This document shows positions 1-13,600 of a DNA stretch of 64,000 bases, in pieces. Source of the DNA: Raillietiella orientalis (taxonomy: Eukaryota). The stretch lies in NCBI GenBank assembly GCA_036172245.1, contig JAYWIR010000025.1:2294001-2358000 (forward strand). The letters are read 5' to 3'. Position numbers and translations under genes: made by a program. The notes under the pieces are model-generated. The model was not told the DNA's origin, did no database searches, and saw only the letters and a program-made list of their open reading frames with translations. Position 1 is the first letter of the stretch; every line of letters starts with the position of its first letter.

Positions 1-1078
1 AGTGGAGGAAGAGAGAGACCGTCCACCTCGGAGAGCTCCTTCCACCCCTTCCAGGCGACGGGCACTGAAATGGTCCAGCCTGGGGTGAGAGGCACAAGGA
101 AACCCTCGGGAAATTGTGAGCAATCTGACACGATACCTTGACCCCTTCCGTTTCTCGCACGTCCGACGCAGGAGCCCTCATGAATCCTGCCGGCTGCCGC
201 AGGAACGGCCCGTCATATTCTTCGATTATTCGGTCAACCATCTTCCCTACCTACCTACTCTCCCTACGCTTTCCCCTAGTTCTGTCCCCAGCGAGCAGAA
301 TCCCTTGCGTTTCGGGCCGGCACTCGACAGCCCTTCTTTGACTGTATGTACTTTATTTATTCGTCTCCATAGGTGGTCCGGCAACCCCCGGTGAGAAGGT
401 CGCATTGCCCCGGAACGAGCCTTTGAGCCACCCTGGGTAAATTCTTCCCGTGAGTCGGAGGGGACGCGCTTTCGCCGGGATTCCTGCGGGTCATCTGGAG
501 GAGATATCTCTGCGTCCCCTGCGAGCGGAAGAGTCGCTCCGGAGACGCAGCCTTCCTTCTCCTCCCTGGATGCTCTCCGGAGTGCACCCGAGAGGGAGGT
601 TTCTCCGGCGTCCTTGCTGCAAAGCAATGCCTCCGCGAGCGGAGGGGCGCAGCCCTGACCTCGCCCGAGCCAGAGGACGCGCCCCGAGGGATGGAGACCC
701 GGGCCAACGGACCGCCCTTGGTGGCGATGGCGGCGGCAGCCGCCGTGCCCGAAGGGACGTGACGGAGACGCAATTTCGGGTGCTGCCCTCCGCCTCTCCC
801 AAACCGGCCCTCCCGATATCTCGTCCTTCGCTTCTTGACTCCTATTTTCAGAAGACTGGGCCGGGAAGCTCAGCCCTGGAGATCCTGACTAATTCCTTGG
901 AGAAACGCGGAGTGAGGGAGACATGCCGCAAGGAGGAGGAGGAGGAGGAAGAAATCGCCCGTCGGTCGACACGTCGTCCGCAGTGCTCTGACGACCTTCG
1001 AGAAGGAAGGGGGGGATAGTGGTGCATGCGCGCCTTGGAATGCCCACCGTTGATGCCTCCAGATCGATGGCTCACTGG

Positions 1079-1293
1079 CGGAGCGGAAGTTCCAGGTGGC
1101 GCGAAGGCCTCCCGGCGAAAGCCGCCGACGCCGTCTCCTGGCGCGGACGGCTTCCAGGCATCCTCCCTGCCATCGTCTCTCCTGGGACCGAACGCCCCCG
1201 AGACTTCATCCATTCCGCTGTTCTCCCCCGCCGTTTCGAACCGCTCCACCACTCGGGGAGCCACCGCTCGTCAACCTCTGCATTCCTCTCAGA
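1079..1293. repeat. Dispersed diverged repeat, copy 1
   Basis: Aligns by eye with 5438-5678: shared CGGAGCGGAAGT, GCGAAAGCCGC, CCAGGCA.CCTCCCTGCCATCG, CCGAGAC.TCATCCAT and GCATTCCT blocks in the same order. Confidence 0.75.
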
Positions 1294-4200
1294 ACATCCC
1301 GCGAGCTGCTTGGCGTCTTTCGTTTCGCTTGCGGTCCTGAACTGCCCTTCTCAGAGAGCGAGAGGTGGGGACACGCCCGTAGGGGAAGTCTTGGCCCTGA
1401 GAAATTGCAAGCGCAAGAACAGGAGCAGCCAGATAATCGGAGGACGAAGAAGGCCGAGTTCTTTTCCTTTTTTTTGGTTCTTCCTCTCCCAGGATGCGCC
1501 TACTATTCTTCTCTTGACCTTCCCTGAGAACCGTAGGAGCAGCCAACGACGACTCTGCTGCCCATCGCCCCACCGCCGCTTCTTGGCCCGCGTCGTCAAG
1601 GACACCTAGGACCTCTTTGTGTTCTTCGACGGCTGCGAGAGGCTGCCACCAAGTTCTTTTAGTTTCTTGCCGGTTTTCCCCAACGACTCTGGAGGAGTCT
1701 CTTAGGGGCGCTTCTCCCTTGGAGCTTCCGACAGCAGCAGAGAGGCGCCCACCTTCCCCACCCCCTCCTCCCGCCGGTTTCTTCTAGCCCGACTCGAAGT
1801 CCCAGCCGCAGCGAGCCGCCGCCGCTTCCACCCGGTTGCCACGGCTCTCCCGTCCCTTCGCAGCTGACTACATGACGTCACGGTGTTCCGGAGGTTCCGC
1901 GCGAGGGCCCCTCCTCTAAGGAGGTATTCATTTTTTTTTTTTTTTTTTCTTACGAGCGAGATGATGATGCTGCAGAGAGGATCTCGGAAGGGGCGAAGGA
2001 GTCCCCATCATCCCCCTTCCCAATGTGCTCCGCCCGCTTCCTGGGGTTTCTCGCGTCTTCTGGCACCTCGTCTCACGTGCTCCCGAGATCCCAGGGGATT
2101 CCCTGCCCGGCAGAGGGCGCTTCTTTGGAGGCGAAGCGCAGACTTGGGTCTCTTCTGCTGCCTGGCCCCCCTTCCGACGCGGCCGACTCCTCCCCTTCTC
2201 CTGAAACCGCCTTCATCTTGGAATCTGCTCCCAGAACGGATAGGCTGGTGGCCGCCAATTCCCGGCGCTTCGGAAAGGCCCCTGCCTCCCAATGTGAGCC
2301 GGTCTGCTCGTCCTTCCCTTCGGCAGTTGGGGACACTTCCAGTAGAGGATTCACGGGGAAGGAATAGACGGAAGGAGGCAAGGAGGCCACGGCGGCAACG
2401 GCGGCTCCTCGCAGATGAAGGATAGAGGACCCGAAAGAAACAGAGGAGGACTCCGCCCTCCCCCCCTTTGCAGTCCTTTTGCTGGAAAAGGGTTGCGGAG
2501 TCTGGGTCCGTTGCCGGGGCAACGCAGTCCCATCTAGAGAAAAACGACAACAACAAAAGAAAAAAGACAAGGTTGCTCCCCCATCAGTTGCTTCCTCAAC
2601 GGGAATGCCACTCGCGGGCCCCCGGGGAAGCGCCGCCCCTCAGCAACTTACAACTGGTTGTGCCTGGTTGCGGGAAGCCGCTCGCACGTGGGCGAAGATC
2701 AGCGAGGCGTAGTTACGGCGGCGGTTGCTGAGCTCCTGTAGCAGCTGCTAGCTTCAGGAGATCGTCGTGCATCCAGCCAAGGGTGCATGGGCAGAAAGAA
2801 CTCCCCTGGTCGCGGCGCTGCCCATTGGCAGCGACCTACCGGCAAAAGGGGAGGTCTCCTGTAAGACTACCTCCAGGTGGAAGACGCGAGGTGGCTGGAC
2901 CGCGGACCGGCTGAACGACGACGCCCCACCACCTAAAGGACTTTTGCGCTGGGGAGAGCCGCTGGGGACCTCCCGTGAAGATTTCGAGTGACTCTCAGCG
3001 CTTCTGAACGACTGCTCCCTCCTCCCTCTCGATTGGAGCAGTCAGCACTCCTGCTGCTGCACCCGGGGTCTCCCGTGCAACACCCTCCGATATCACTGGG
3101 CCCCGGGAGAAGGGGAAAGAGGGGGAAGAGGTGAGGAGCCCGAACTGCAGCAGGTGCGGGGAATGAGTTCGTTGCTGCTGCTCTCGCGGTTCGTGGAGCC
3201 ATTTCCGTTAGCGGACCCCGGCGCTCAAAGGACCTGCCACGGCGGGCAAGCGCTGCACGAAATGGCGCGGTACTACCCGGCGATGCCTTCGAGGGAAGAT
3301 GCCGCTCGGTTCAACTGTTCCTCTCCTGGAGCTAGCAAGGAGAAAATAAAAGAATAAAGATGACCGATCTCCACGGAGCAGAATAAAACAAAACATGGGG
3401 CCTCTTTGCCATGGAACGCGTCTCAAGAGACGTCAACCTCCTTACGAACTTTCCAAGGAAGGCGCAGTTTCCGGGAAACAACCGGGCTCACCGGCGACCG
3501 TTCGCATTCGGATGCTACCGTGGCGGATGCGATCTTCGAGGAACACAGTCGCCGCCATTTCCCGGCTCAGAGGGTGGACTCGGGAAGAAGGGACCCGGGA
3601 CACGACTCAAACGCATGACATGGTGATGGAAAAAGCGATGACCTCATCCCGGGCAAAGGTCGTCCAGCGGAAAAGCTCAGAGGTCGCTTCCCTTTGCTCT
3701 TCGTTCCCCGAGGAACGAGATAGCCGCAACTGCACCCCGTGCGGGAATCGCAGAGGGACTTTCGGGAAAGGTCCCGCTGCACGGAGAGCACGCGAGAGTT
3801 GCGTACGGGGAAGCTGCGGAGGAGGAGGAACTTGCCTGGGAGGGAAGAAGCTGGGATGCCCTCCAGGTAGGCAGAAGGCTGAGCGCGCCTGTTGGAACGA
3901 CTTGCCCAGCTGGTCACCATGCAAGATCACACCGGCACTATTGGAGGGAACCAGGAACAGTCCGAGAAAGAGTGAGCGACCATTTCATCAGCAGAAGACG
4001 TGGAAGAGGACCAACCGACGCTTTTCCTCGTTCCTCCACCCACACAGTCCTCCTGAAACTTGGAGCCCACTAATGTGAAAGGGGGATCCTTGGTGCTCCC
4101 TACCGTTCCTCCGAGTTCTTCGAGCACCACGACGCCGCTCGCGCCCAGTCACCAGATGTTGGCACGACGGCGTGCCCTTAGGCTCCGCCGCGGTGGAACG

Positions 4201-5437
4201 CGCTCTCCTCAGTCTGGACGACCCGCCACTAGCTCCAAGACGAATCTTCCGGTTTCCATCTGCATATCCGTGCCACATGGGTCGACGGGTACCGTTTGAG
4301 CCGGCAGATGCTCGGTCGTCGGACCGACGGACGAGCGTCCTTGAGTCCTTCGGCCGAAGGACGTCTCTGTTAGATCCATCACCGGATGGGCGTGCGGCAT
4401 TCCACCGATGCGCGGCGTTCGGCTCCACGCCCTCGTGAAGGAATTTCCATTCCCTTGCAGCTCGCAGAGCACGAGAGGGTTGCCGGGGCACATATCTCTC
4501 GGGATCCCCCCTGTTGAGCTCGCAGTGATCTCCGAGCATGACCTCCGTGCCAGCGCGACCCGGCATGTCTCTCCGGAGCGGAAGTGAAGGCAAATCCCGC
4601 CTCTTCCTGGAACCCAGGGTTATGAACGATTCAAAGCAGGGATGGCAGACTCACTCGTCTCGGAATGATCGTCCCGCTAGTTCGTCTCCCAGCTCCTCAG
4701 CAGCTCTTCCCGGCAATGGCACATTCCCGAGCGCACGCGCAGAGTCAGCGGCGGCTCCTTCCGCTTCACTGCAGACCGGAGCATCCAGCAAGGTCTTCTT
4801 GCTTCTCCTCCTCCGAGGTTTCATCTCATTTTCCGTTTGATGTGTCGAATGTTCCTCCTCGCGTGAGGGGCTTCTGCCTTCTTTCCTTCCTTCCCTCCTC
4901 CAACCCCACTTTTGTTCCAAGTCGAAGAACACTCTGTATCGAGGACGCCACTCCTGCCCGTTACCTCTGCCAATGGTCCACCCTTTTTGTGTTCCCGATT
5001 CTTCCCCAACGCAAGGAGACCAAGCGCAAGCATTGCGCGCGCGTGCAGCTGCTGGGAAGCAGCAGATGGCGTATGCTTCCTCCCGTGGGCATCGGCAGTT
5101 TCCTTTCAGCTCACTCGTCCCTCGATCCGTGCACCATCCGCCGCTGGGGCCTCGGAACCGAGATGGACCCACCAGCCCCTCATCCAGCATGTCCGTCACG
5201 GGCCTATCCGTCGCCCACCAGGACGGAGCTGCACAAGAAGAAGAGGCTGTTGGATCTGCGGGAAAAGCCGAAATCTCCCTTTGCGCTTCTTGACGCAATC
5301 CCGATTTTTTCCCTGTTTTTTTCGAAAAAAGAGAATCCTTCGGGAACGCATCCTGCAGTCAAACAAGACTGCAGTGGCCGCCAGGCTGAGAGCGTTCGAA
5401 CCCATCAGGAGCAAGACGCCGCCTCGCGGCGCAATGT

Positions 5438-5678
5438 CGGAGCGGAAGTCCCCGGTGGCGAGCGAAGGTCCCCCCGCGAAAGCCGCTGCCACCACCACCT
5501 TCTGGCGCCGACGGCCTCCAGGCACCCTCCCTGCCATCGCATCCCCGCAGCCCGACTGACTCCGAGACATCATCCATCCCGCTGCTCCCCTTCGCCCTTT
5601 TGAATTGCCAGGAGAGCGACTGGTGGCGCCACCTCTCGGGGAATCACTACTCGTTAACCTTCGCATTCCTTCCGAGGG
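5438..5678. repeat. Dispersed diverged repeat, copy 2
   Basis: Same-orientation homolog of 1079-1293 with many substitutions and a short internal insertion. Confidence 0.75.
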
Positions 5679-7111
5679 CTCCTGCGCCGTCCTTTCCGGA
5701 AGGTGGGAGGCGGGGAGGCATCCCATCTCCCCGTACGAGCAAGAAACTCGGTGGGGAGACGCGAGCCCACTCATGCGGGGAGACCCTAGACCGCGGGAGG
5801 GGCATGTCAGGAGAGAAATGGTCCGCGAGATTTCCACCCACACACTCAGTCTGAATCTCTCCCTCAGTTGCTTGGGATGCGCGATCTCCGGGGGTAAATG
5901 TCCGCCCCCTCTAGACAGCCCTAGACAGCGGGAGTGTCCTGGTGACCACCGCCCGCCTGTCCCTTTCTCTCGAACAAGAGACCCCTTAGGATGAGGGAGG
6001 GAAGGGAGAGCCCGGCCCGCCCTTGGTCCCTGACTGTCGAAGGGCGTCTTGAAACCCCATGAAGGAACTTGAACCAGGGGTAAAGCAGATGACATTCCCC
6101 CTTTAGGTCTCCGGGAAACTCCTCTCCCGGGCCGATTCCGTCGAACGAACGGCTGCCGGGTCGCAGCGACAAAAAAGCATCCGTCTCCGGGAAACGCTGG
6201 CTTGTCGGAAGTGCTCCCTGCCCCTGGGGGGTGGACCATCTCAGCTTCGTCCTGAGCGATGCGCCTCGATCCCGCGCTCCGGGCGCGCTGCTTCCCAATC
6301 CCGGTCCAATCAACCCTCTGTGGCAGGCTTTTTTCTCGACGCGTTCCTCACTTGGGCTGACGCAAGTCTAAAGAGGGCTTTGGCTGCCCTTGTAGGTGAA
6401 ACAAATTGGGGCGTTCCCGGAGGCCCCCTTTCTGCCGGGGACGACACCCTCATCCTGGTTTCCGTCTAGGCTCGCGTCGAAAATTCCGGGTTGCGAGCAG
6501 CAGGAAAATGTGCACGTTGCTGGGGTCGCGCCGGAGCCAATCACGTGCAGGCCACCAGGGTCAGGGGGATGACCGCCTGGAGGCGAACCGAGCGAAGGCG
6601 ATGCCTGGGAAGAGTGCGCGGAGATGCCGCAGTCTGCGTCTCCCCGCTCGGGCGGCTGCGGTCACGCGCACCGAGCTCGAAAAGGAAGACTCAGCCACGT
6701 GTCCCCGCACACCTCGAACACCACGGGGGTGGTCCGCGAGACCTCCAGAGAGGACTTCTCGCCGCTGATTTCCCGGAGTTTTAAGAAAACACCCGGACCT
6801 GACGGAGGAGGAGTGGTGACACACACTCGAAAGACTCCATGATGCGCGGCTCAGGCTCCGATCCAAGGCGCGAGGTGGCTCTCTCCTTCACGAGGAGGCA
6901 GCGAGCGCTCCGGGATGTTTCTCGACGAGCGTGGAGCGGCCGTTCGAATCGCGCAAGACAAAGACCGAAGCTCCGAGAGGCCTGGAACTCTCCTTTCGGA
7001 ACGGATCGGAGACGCAGGGCGGTGCGCGAAGGCGGGCGCGGATGGAGGAAGGCCCCGGGGACGGCTTAACAAAAAGAGCAGAGGGGTGCACGAATCAACA
7101 CATAGATGATT

Positions 7112-7117
7112 TTTATT
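7112..7117 (-). terminator. Probable polyadenylation signal of Nkx6
   Basis: AATAAA on the minus strand ~310 nt after the Nkx6 stop, followed by U/GU-rich sequence. Confidence 0.6.
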
Positions 7118-7426
7118 TCTAACGTTGTTCCATCTTTTCTAAATTTGTTTCACTGTTCCGGGCAGCTGTTTGGTGGCGAGTTGATGATCTGCAGCCTCCG
7201 CCATTCTGGTCACGTGCGCTCGCAGCGATCTCGGACGAGGAGGTTTGGACCTCCTGGTTCGTTCCGCGTTGTTTTCCCAGCCACAAGGCCAAAGGCAGTG
7301 AGGATCTCCCGGGAGATCAGCAAGTGTCCGGGTGGTAGTGCGACCCACGGCGCGCGCACTTTTGGTGGTTCCGTGTAGGCGCCTCTTTGGGAGATCTTTG
7401 GCTTTGTGCTTCTCGCTTCTGGCCTC

Positions 7427-7624
7427 TTATCTTTCTTGTCCGTTGTTGATCTTCAGTTCTGTTTCCGATTCCCTGTCTATCCGGTATCTCTTCATGTCTT
7501 CGCCCATTTCATCCTCGGCGTCGCTTTGGTATTTCTCCTGCTCCTCGATGTGCTTCCGCTTGGCGGTGGCCATTTCTGCCGCGTGCCTCTTTCTCCACTT
7601 CGTCCTCCTATTCTGAAACCAAAC
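7427..7624 (-). CDS. Nkx6: Nkx6/HGTX coding exon 3 (homeodomain helix 3 and C-terminus)
   Basis: TTCCAG acceptor, then [24 protein letters not shown]...GQER*. The [14 protein letters not shown] extension is diagnostic of the NK6 family. Phase 0 matches exon 2. Confidence 0.97.
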   Translation of the reverse strand, partial: VWFQNRRTKWRKRHAAEMATAKRKHIEEQEKYQSDAEDEMGEDMKRYRIDRESETELKINNGQER

Positions 7625-10600
7625 CTGGAAGAACAAAATAGATGGCATTACAGAGCTCTTCTTATCGGCGAGCCTTTGTGGAGCGGCGGCTATGCAAACA
7701 CGCGACGCTTCGCTCTCCAAACAAAGCCCCCGAGGACTTCGAAAGGGGCTGTTGCATTTCGGCTAATCGTCTCCTCGAGTCCGCGCACGTGTACAGCCCG
7801 AGCTCGAATTGATTGCGTACAAGCTCCGGTGTACGCTTCCGCCGCACTGAATTATCGCTGGATATCGTTGATGAGACCGGGCGATACGCGCGAGATTTAC
7901 TGGTCGGAATTCGGGGGAGAACGGGAACGGCTGAAGCGAGCCCGCGACAAAGAGCTGGAATCGCGCGTTCCCGTGTGGGCAATCATCGCCGCGTGGTCGT
8001 CGACGCCGCCGTTGCTGCTGTCCTCGTTGCTTCACTTTTTTTTTTTTTTTTTATTGCGTTTCGTCCTCGCAGTCTTCTGGGTTCGAAGTTCCCCTTTGGC
8101 TTCCCCGGTAGTAGTGTTCACCGACTCGCAGCTGTGAGCCTCGTGGCTCGCAGGTCGGTCTCCCACTTTTATATCCTCTCGTCCTCGCCGCAGGACAATG
8201 ACTGCACCGGTCTGCTACGTCTTCTGTTCGATCGGACGGAGCATTCCGCGGTATTGTGCGGCGCGATGATGGAGAAACGTGACAAAACATAAATTCGGCG
8301 GTGAAGACAAATGGCAGCGATTTATCTCCGCCGATCGAGGAAACGAGGTCGAGGTGAAAATGCTGGGCCAACGGACAGGGGTGGCTCCGTGAAAAACACA
8401 CACGCGGGCTTGCCCCGGCGAGCCCGGGCTCCCCCGCTTCCTCCGCTCACGCAAGACGCTGCTTACGTCACTGCATCGCGCCGAAGAAGCCAAAAAGGAT
8501 GCACTCGACACGCGAAGGCTACTGTCCACAAGCGTGTCACCGTTAGCCCCTCCCCTAATTAAAAATTGACCGACTCATGGATTGCTGCATGAGAGGAGCA
8601 AGTCCAGCTCCATAGAGCACCATCAATTTTTCCTTTTCTTTTTTCGCTCGCAGACGTCATCTTTCGCGATGCCCGGAGCCTGCCTGTAACAATTGGCCTA
8701 AGATGGGAAGAATCTTCGGCATCTTTCCCAGAGAGATACATTTATGGAAATCCCCATTTGACCCTGACTTTAATCGGCTACATTGTCGTTCGGGTACGGA
8801 AGAAAAATGGCAGCGCTAACGTGGCCTGCTCCATCATCTGAAGAACCAATTTTCCAGAAAGACCCCCGGCCATCCGCATGACATGGTTTCTTCCCGGATG
8901 CGCCGCTTCATCCGATGGCACGGCGCGCCTTCTTGACGGCTCCGGGTGGCCGGTGCCAGGACGAGAGGATGCGCAGGCGAAGAGGAAAAGGTCGGTCGCG
9001 CGCAACCAGGTTCCGCACGTCCCGGGCGCCGGCCGGGCATGGGATGGATCCGTGCCTGCGCCCGCGCGAAGAGGCCCGCGGCGGAAACGCGCCAGGCACA
9101 GGCACTGCCAGGATACGAGGGGTGGGGCCGTTTGGAAGGGACTACGCCGCTGCTCCCCTCCCCCTTTCCGGCAAGTTCCCGCCAGTCGCGGAGGGTGCCC
9201 TCTCGCCGACCGAGAGCGTGCGACCGTGGTCTCGCCACGGCGGCGGCTCGCTCAGCCGCGCGGCGAGCAAGTGATACGTGCGGGGGTGAACTGCACTGCT
9301 CACCCACACCCACCCGTGTTCGCGCACGGCGCGGCGCGCTCCGCTGAGGTGCGAGCGCGCGCGTACGCGAACCGTCCCGCTCCTCGGAGCGAAGCAGAAC
9401 GAGGGGAGGGGGAAGGAAGGAGCGTCCCGCGGCCCTCTTGCCTCTTGCTCGAGACTCGGAGGGCGCGAGGAGAGGGGCGCTGGCGAATGGATGCCCCCCT
9501 TGCGACTGCTCCTCGAACGGCCAGCCTCCGGAGCCGGCCATTAGAATGGGACTGGATCTCGGATGGAACGCGCGCCGTTTCATCCCGCATAAAAAGCCAT
9601 GCATCCTGCGAATTCCGAGATTTACAGCACGCGCCCTCGTAAAAGGGTGATGCACTGCAAAACGAGCAATCCGGCGTTTCCATAGCCATTGTGGGATGAA
9701 AATTTGGGGAACTTGGGGTTGATATCTCCGCGCCCCAATAAAAACGAGAGGATGCCTAAAAGCGGGGTATGCCCAATCCTAGTCGGTCTCCTCTTCCCGT
9801 CTCCCCCTCTCTCGCGGCAGGGCTCTGTGCTGGCTGCGGAGAGGGCGGAAGCAGATGAGCACCCTTCTCCAGCTCACTCCAGAGCGGGGGTCCGGGGGGG
9901 GGGAGAGGCGATCCTCGTGTCTGCGGTCGCTCCCGGCACCAGACCATCCGCCTTTCGGGGGAGGAGCGAGCGCGGGAGTCGCCGCTGTCATCGTGGAAAC
10001 TCGCTTGCACGCGCCCACGTCAGCGGGGACTCCGGAGACCGCCTCCCCCTTTGTTCACGTAATGGAGAGGCAGAGAACATCTCCGCCTCTCCTTGCCCCG
10101 ACCCCTTTCACTCCCTCTTCGGAGACGACCGTCCAGCTGACTCCCGGGAGGAACGCCGCTTTCGCCGGGGTACCTCCGCGTCTCTTCCCGTGCCGTGCAG
10201 GAGCAAGGGCACCTCCGTCCCGGCGCCTCTTCTCCCTCGTCCTCCTCCGCTGCGCCCCCCGGGTCGAGACCCCCTCCAGGTGGGCGGGGAGGGGTTTCGA
10301 GGGTCTTTCTCCTCTCCATCCCGTGTCGTGCTGCTCCCAGGCGTGACCGGAACGCCCCGATGCATCATCTCCTGTACTACGGAGCCGCGGGCCGAGACGA
10401 GAGCAAATTCCTCCGAGTCGGAAGGCGAGCTGGCGCCACCCGACCACCCATCAATTGCAGCTCTCCGCGCGGCTGAGGCAAGAGCTGTCCCTTCGACTGC
10501 TCAGCGTATCGCCACGGACTTCCCTCTCCGCCCCCCTCCCCTCGAGCTTCGCGAACCGGGGTAGCAGGGACTGGCAGCAGGTGGGACCCGCGCGGACGGA

Positions 10601-13600
10601 CTGTAGGGATTGAAAGCGAAAGTGGACGGTCTTTTCCCTCTCCTCCGTGGTTGCGAAGCGCGCGCGACGCGATCGACCGCTCCCCTGCATGCGTCTCGCG
10701 CGGGCGGGCAGAGGCGGATAGAGGAGTAGGAGGGGGGAGGGAGGGAATGAGAAAAAACAGGGAAAGCACTCCGAGCTGAGCAGCCGCCGTCGACGTGTAT
10801 CCGAAGAGATAACATCGCCGGAAATCAGGAATCTTCCAGGAATTCATCCCTCGTTGAAACGCATCGGGACGTCTCAAATGAAGCGAAAAAAGAGATTCTC
10901 CCTCTTCCTCCTGGACCGGCACTAATGCTTTGAAGGATTTACGAGTAGTCATATTTCTGTACCACTTTAAAGAAGAGGGGGGAGGAGGGGGGAAGAGGAT
11001 AGAAAAAGCAGCAGTAGCATCCCTTTCGAAAATCTCTCTTTAGAGGAAGATGCGGGACCTCGTCGCTCCGCTCGAACGGGCGCCGATACTTTCAGGAAGG
11101 GAAGAGGATGGATTGCTGCCTCTTCCTTCATCTCTCCCGTCATGACCCTGCTGCCGCGGACCAAGCGCGAGGGATAGTTCGACCCACCCACGCTGCTCCG
11201 CGTTGAAAAGCGGATTGAGCGGCGCCGGGGGAGGAGGAAGAAAGTCTTCGGGAGACGCGAGCAGGGGCAGCTGATCCGTTGCGAGGTCCCGGAGCTCCTT
11301 CCAAGCCGAGCGCGGAGCGGGCCTTCTTGGAATCCCGGGTTCATCACCGCGACCCGACCCTTCGGAGAAACCGCTCGCCGCCACTCCCGCGAACGCGCGC
11401 GCGATCGGCTCACGAGAGGGACCCGCAGTTTCCGAGGCGACCGGACGCAGCAGCCGGACTCCGACCGAGCCGTTCCCGAGGAGTCCTTGGTGGCCGCGCG
11501 CCGGCGTCGCGGGGAAACAGGCTCGGCGACGGCTGCTCACGCTGGAGACAGAGGTGGAGGGCAACGGTCTCTGCGTCCTTGCTCGGGGAGATTCGCGTGA
11601 ACTCTGGAAGGACTCGCTCGACTGGGACAACCCCTTCCCAAACGCACTTCGTCCTGATTTCAGCTCTTCAGCCGGAAGCGAAGGGCTGGGAAGCTCTTCT
11701 TCGTCCTCGGCTGGGGCGCCTTTCAGGCTGCGTCGAGAGAGCTCCCCTCCCCCCCTCCCCTTCCTCCTCCCCCTAATGGAGCTGGAAAAGAGGAGAGATT
11801 TCAGATTTCCAGGGAGGTTCGCCCTGGGCGCAAGAGAGCGTTAGACCGTTGCCATTGAACCCCGTGGAAGCCCTCTCCTTAGGAAGAACAAACCACCTCC
11901 GGTTGGAGGAAATCTTCCAGATCGAAGTTTCGCGAGAGATGCTGCAGGCAGATGTTCAGAAACACGGATCCGCCAAAAATACGAGCTCCGAGCTTCCTTC
12001 TTATTTTTCTGTCTTCCGTCAAGTCTTCTGCGCGCTCTCGTCTGTTCTCTGCCGATCCTGTTGCAGGGTCGTGTCCTTGAACACATTAGGGTGGTTCTTC
12101 TTGCATTTAAAGCGAGGAAGACCCGAGCTTGAGAAGGGTTCACGGGACATCCTTCCGCTCTTCTGCAGTAACCAAGCAGTGGGGCTTCCTTCCATCGATC
12201 TTGTTCAGGCGGAAGGATGATGGTTCAGTGCCTCGAGAGTCTGCTCGGCAGATCTCCGCAACACGTTCTTGCAGCACGACGCAGCCTCCCGAGCGAGTCT
12301 GCTCGGGAGGCTGTGCCCCTGCAGACAGCATCCAGCTCTCGAGCTCCCCGCAACCCGCGCCGGAGATTCTTCGTCCTTTCCAGTTCGGCGATGCTGGTCC
12401 ACCTGCTCCCTCAGCCTTCCACGCTTCTTGCTCCTCCTCCGTGGTGGCGCTTTGCTCTCCGTGCTTTCCTTCCGAAACCGATTCGCCGCCTCCCTTCCCG
12501 CTCTTCGATCCACACCCCTGATCTTCTTTCGCGGCGTCGAAGCCTCGAGAGGGAACGGATGGAACCCGAAAACCAGTCTCGGAATCGGGAGTTCGAGGGG
12601 AGACAAAAGAAAAAGGGAACGTCCAGAGCGAAAGCGGACGCAAGGCAGCAGCGTTCGCAGCAACCGATCTTGCCGGCACGTACGCAAACCCGATCCTCCT
12701 CTTGTTGCAGCTCACGCCATCCCGGCACGGCGGCGCTTGCCACCAGCCAAGCTGCCTGCTGATTTCGCCACGGACGTCCCTCTGCAGGGAGATGAAGCTG
12801 TCTCTGTCTCTCTCTCGGAAGCCCCGGCGCATTCTGTCTCAGCAGCAGAGCTGCATGCGATCTCGCAGGTAGCGCCAGCCAGGGGGGTCCCGCCTGCCCT
12901 TTGTCGACGCGGAACTCTTCGCCCAGTTTCTCACCGTGCTGCTCCCCCACCCTTGAAAACGGGATCTCGGGAAGGCCTCTCTGAACGCTGAGGATTCCCC
13001 AAACCAGGACGCGTCGAAACGTTCCGTGCACGGAGTGAAAGTTGCTACCGTCACCCCGGGATGGAAGGTCGAGAGAATTCAGAACGGATGACCTTCCCTC
13101 CATCGCAAGTGGAGACGCTGGTTGTTTATGTATCTCCGTCATTAAAGTTGGCAAAATGGTCTCGCTGATTGCATCATTAAGAAATCCGCCGTGCTTCTCC
13201 CAGTTTAGCTATTGAGAATTGAAGGTCGTTAATTCTTCTTCATGGGCAGCTACAGAACTGAGATCGCGTCCTTATCCAAACGTTGCTTTATTTCTGCCCG
13301 TCTATCAGGCTGCATTCATCTTTATCAAAGTCACATTTCAATGCATCTCTCCGGAGCGACCATTGTTCTGAGGTGTAAAGCAGAGAGCTATTTCTTCCAC
13401 CGAGTTTGATGCTACTTCAGGTCTCGTCTGCGGACAAACAAGGCAGATCCGTCATTATTCAAGCCATACAATGTACTGCGAAGCCATTTCCTTTTCGGTT
13501 TACATTGGAATTATTTAGGGCAATCTGTTGAAAATTGTCCCCCTTACTCGTGGATGGGATACACGAAATGCACGTCCGGGTCCAGGTCGCGGGGAGCGCA

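Noticed and set aside
12140..12960. Tigger/pogo CENP-B-like fragments (KLGEEFRVDK; VVLQERVAEI)
   Set aside because: Similarity too weak; no DDE domain or terminal inverted repeats seen.
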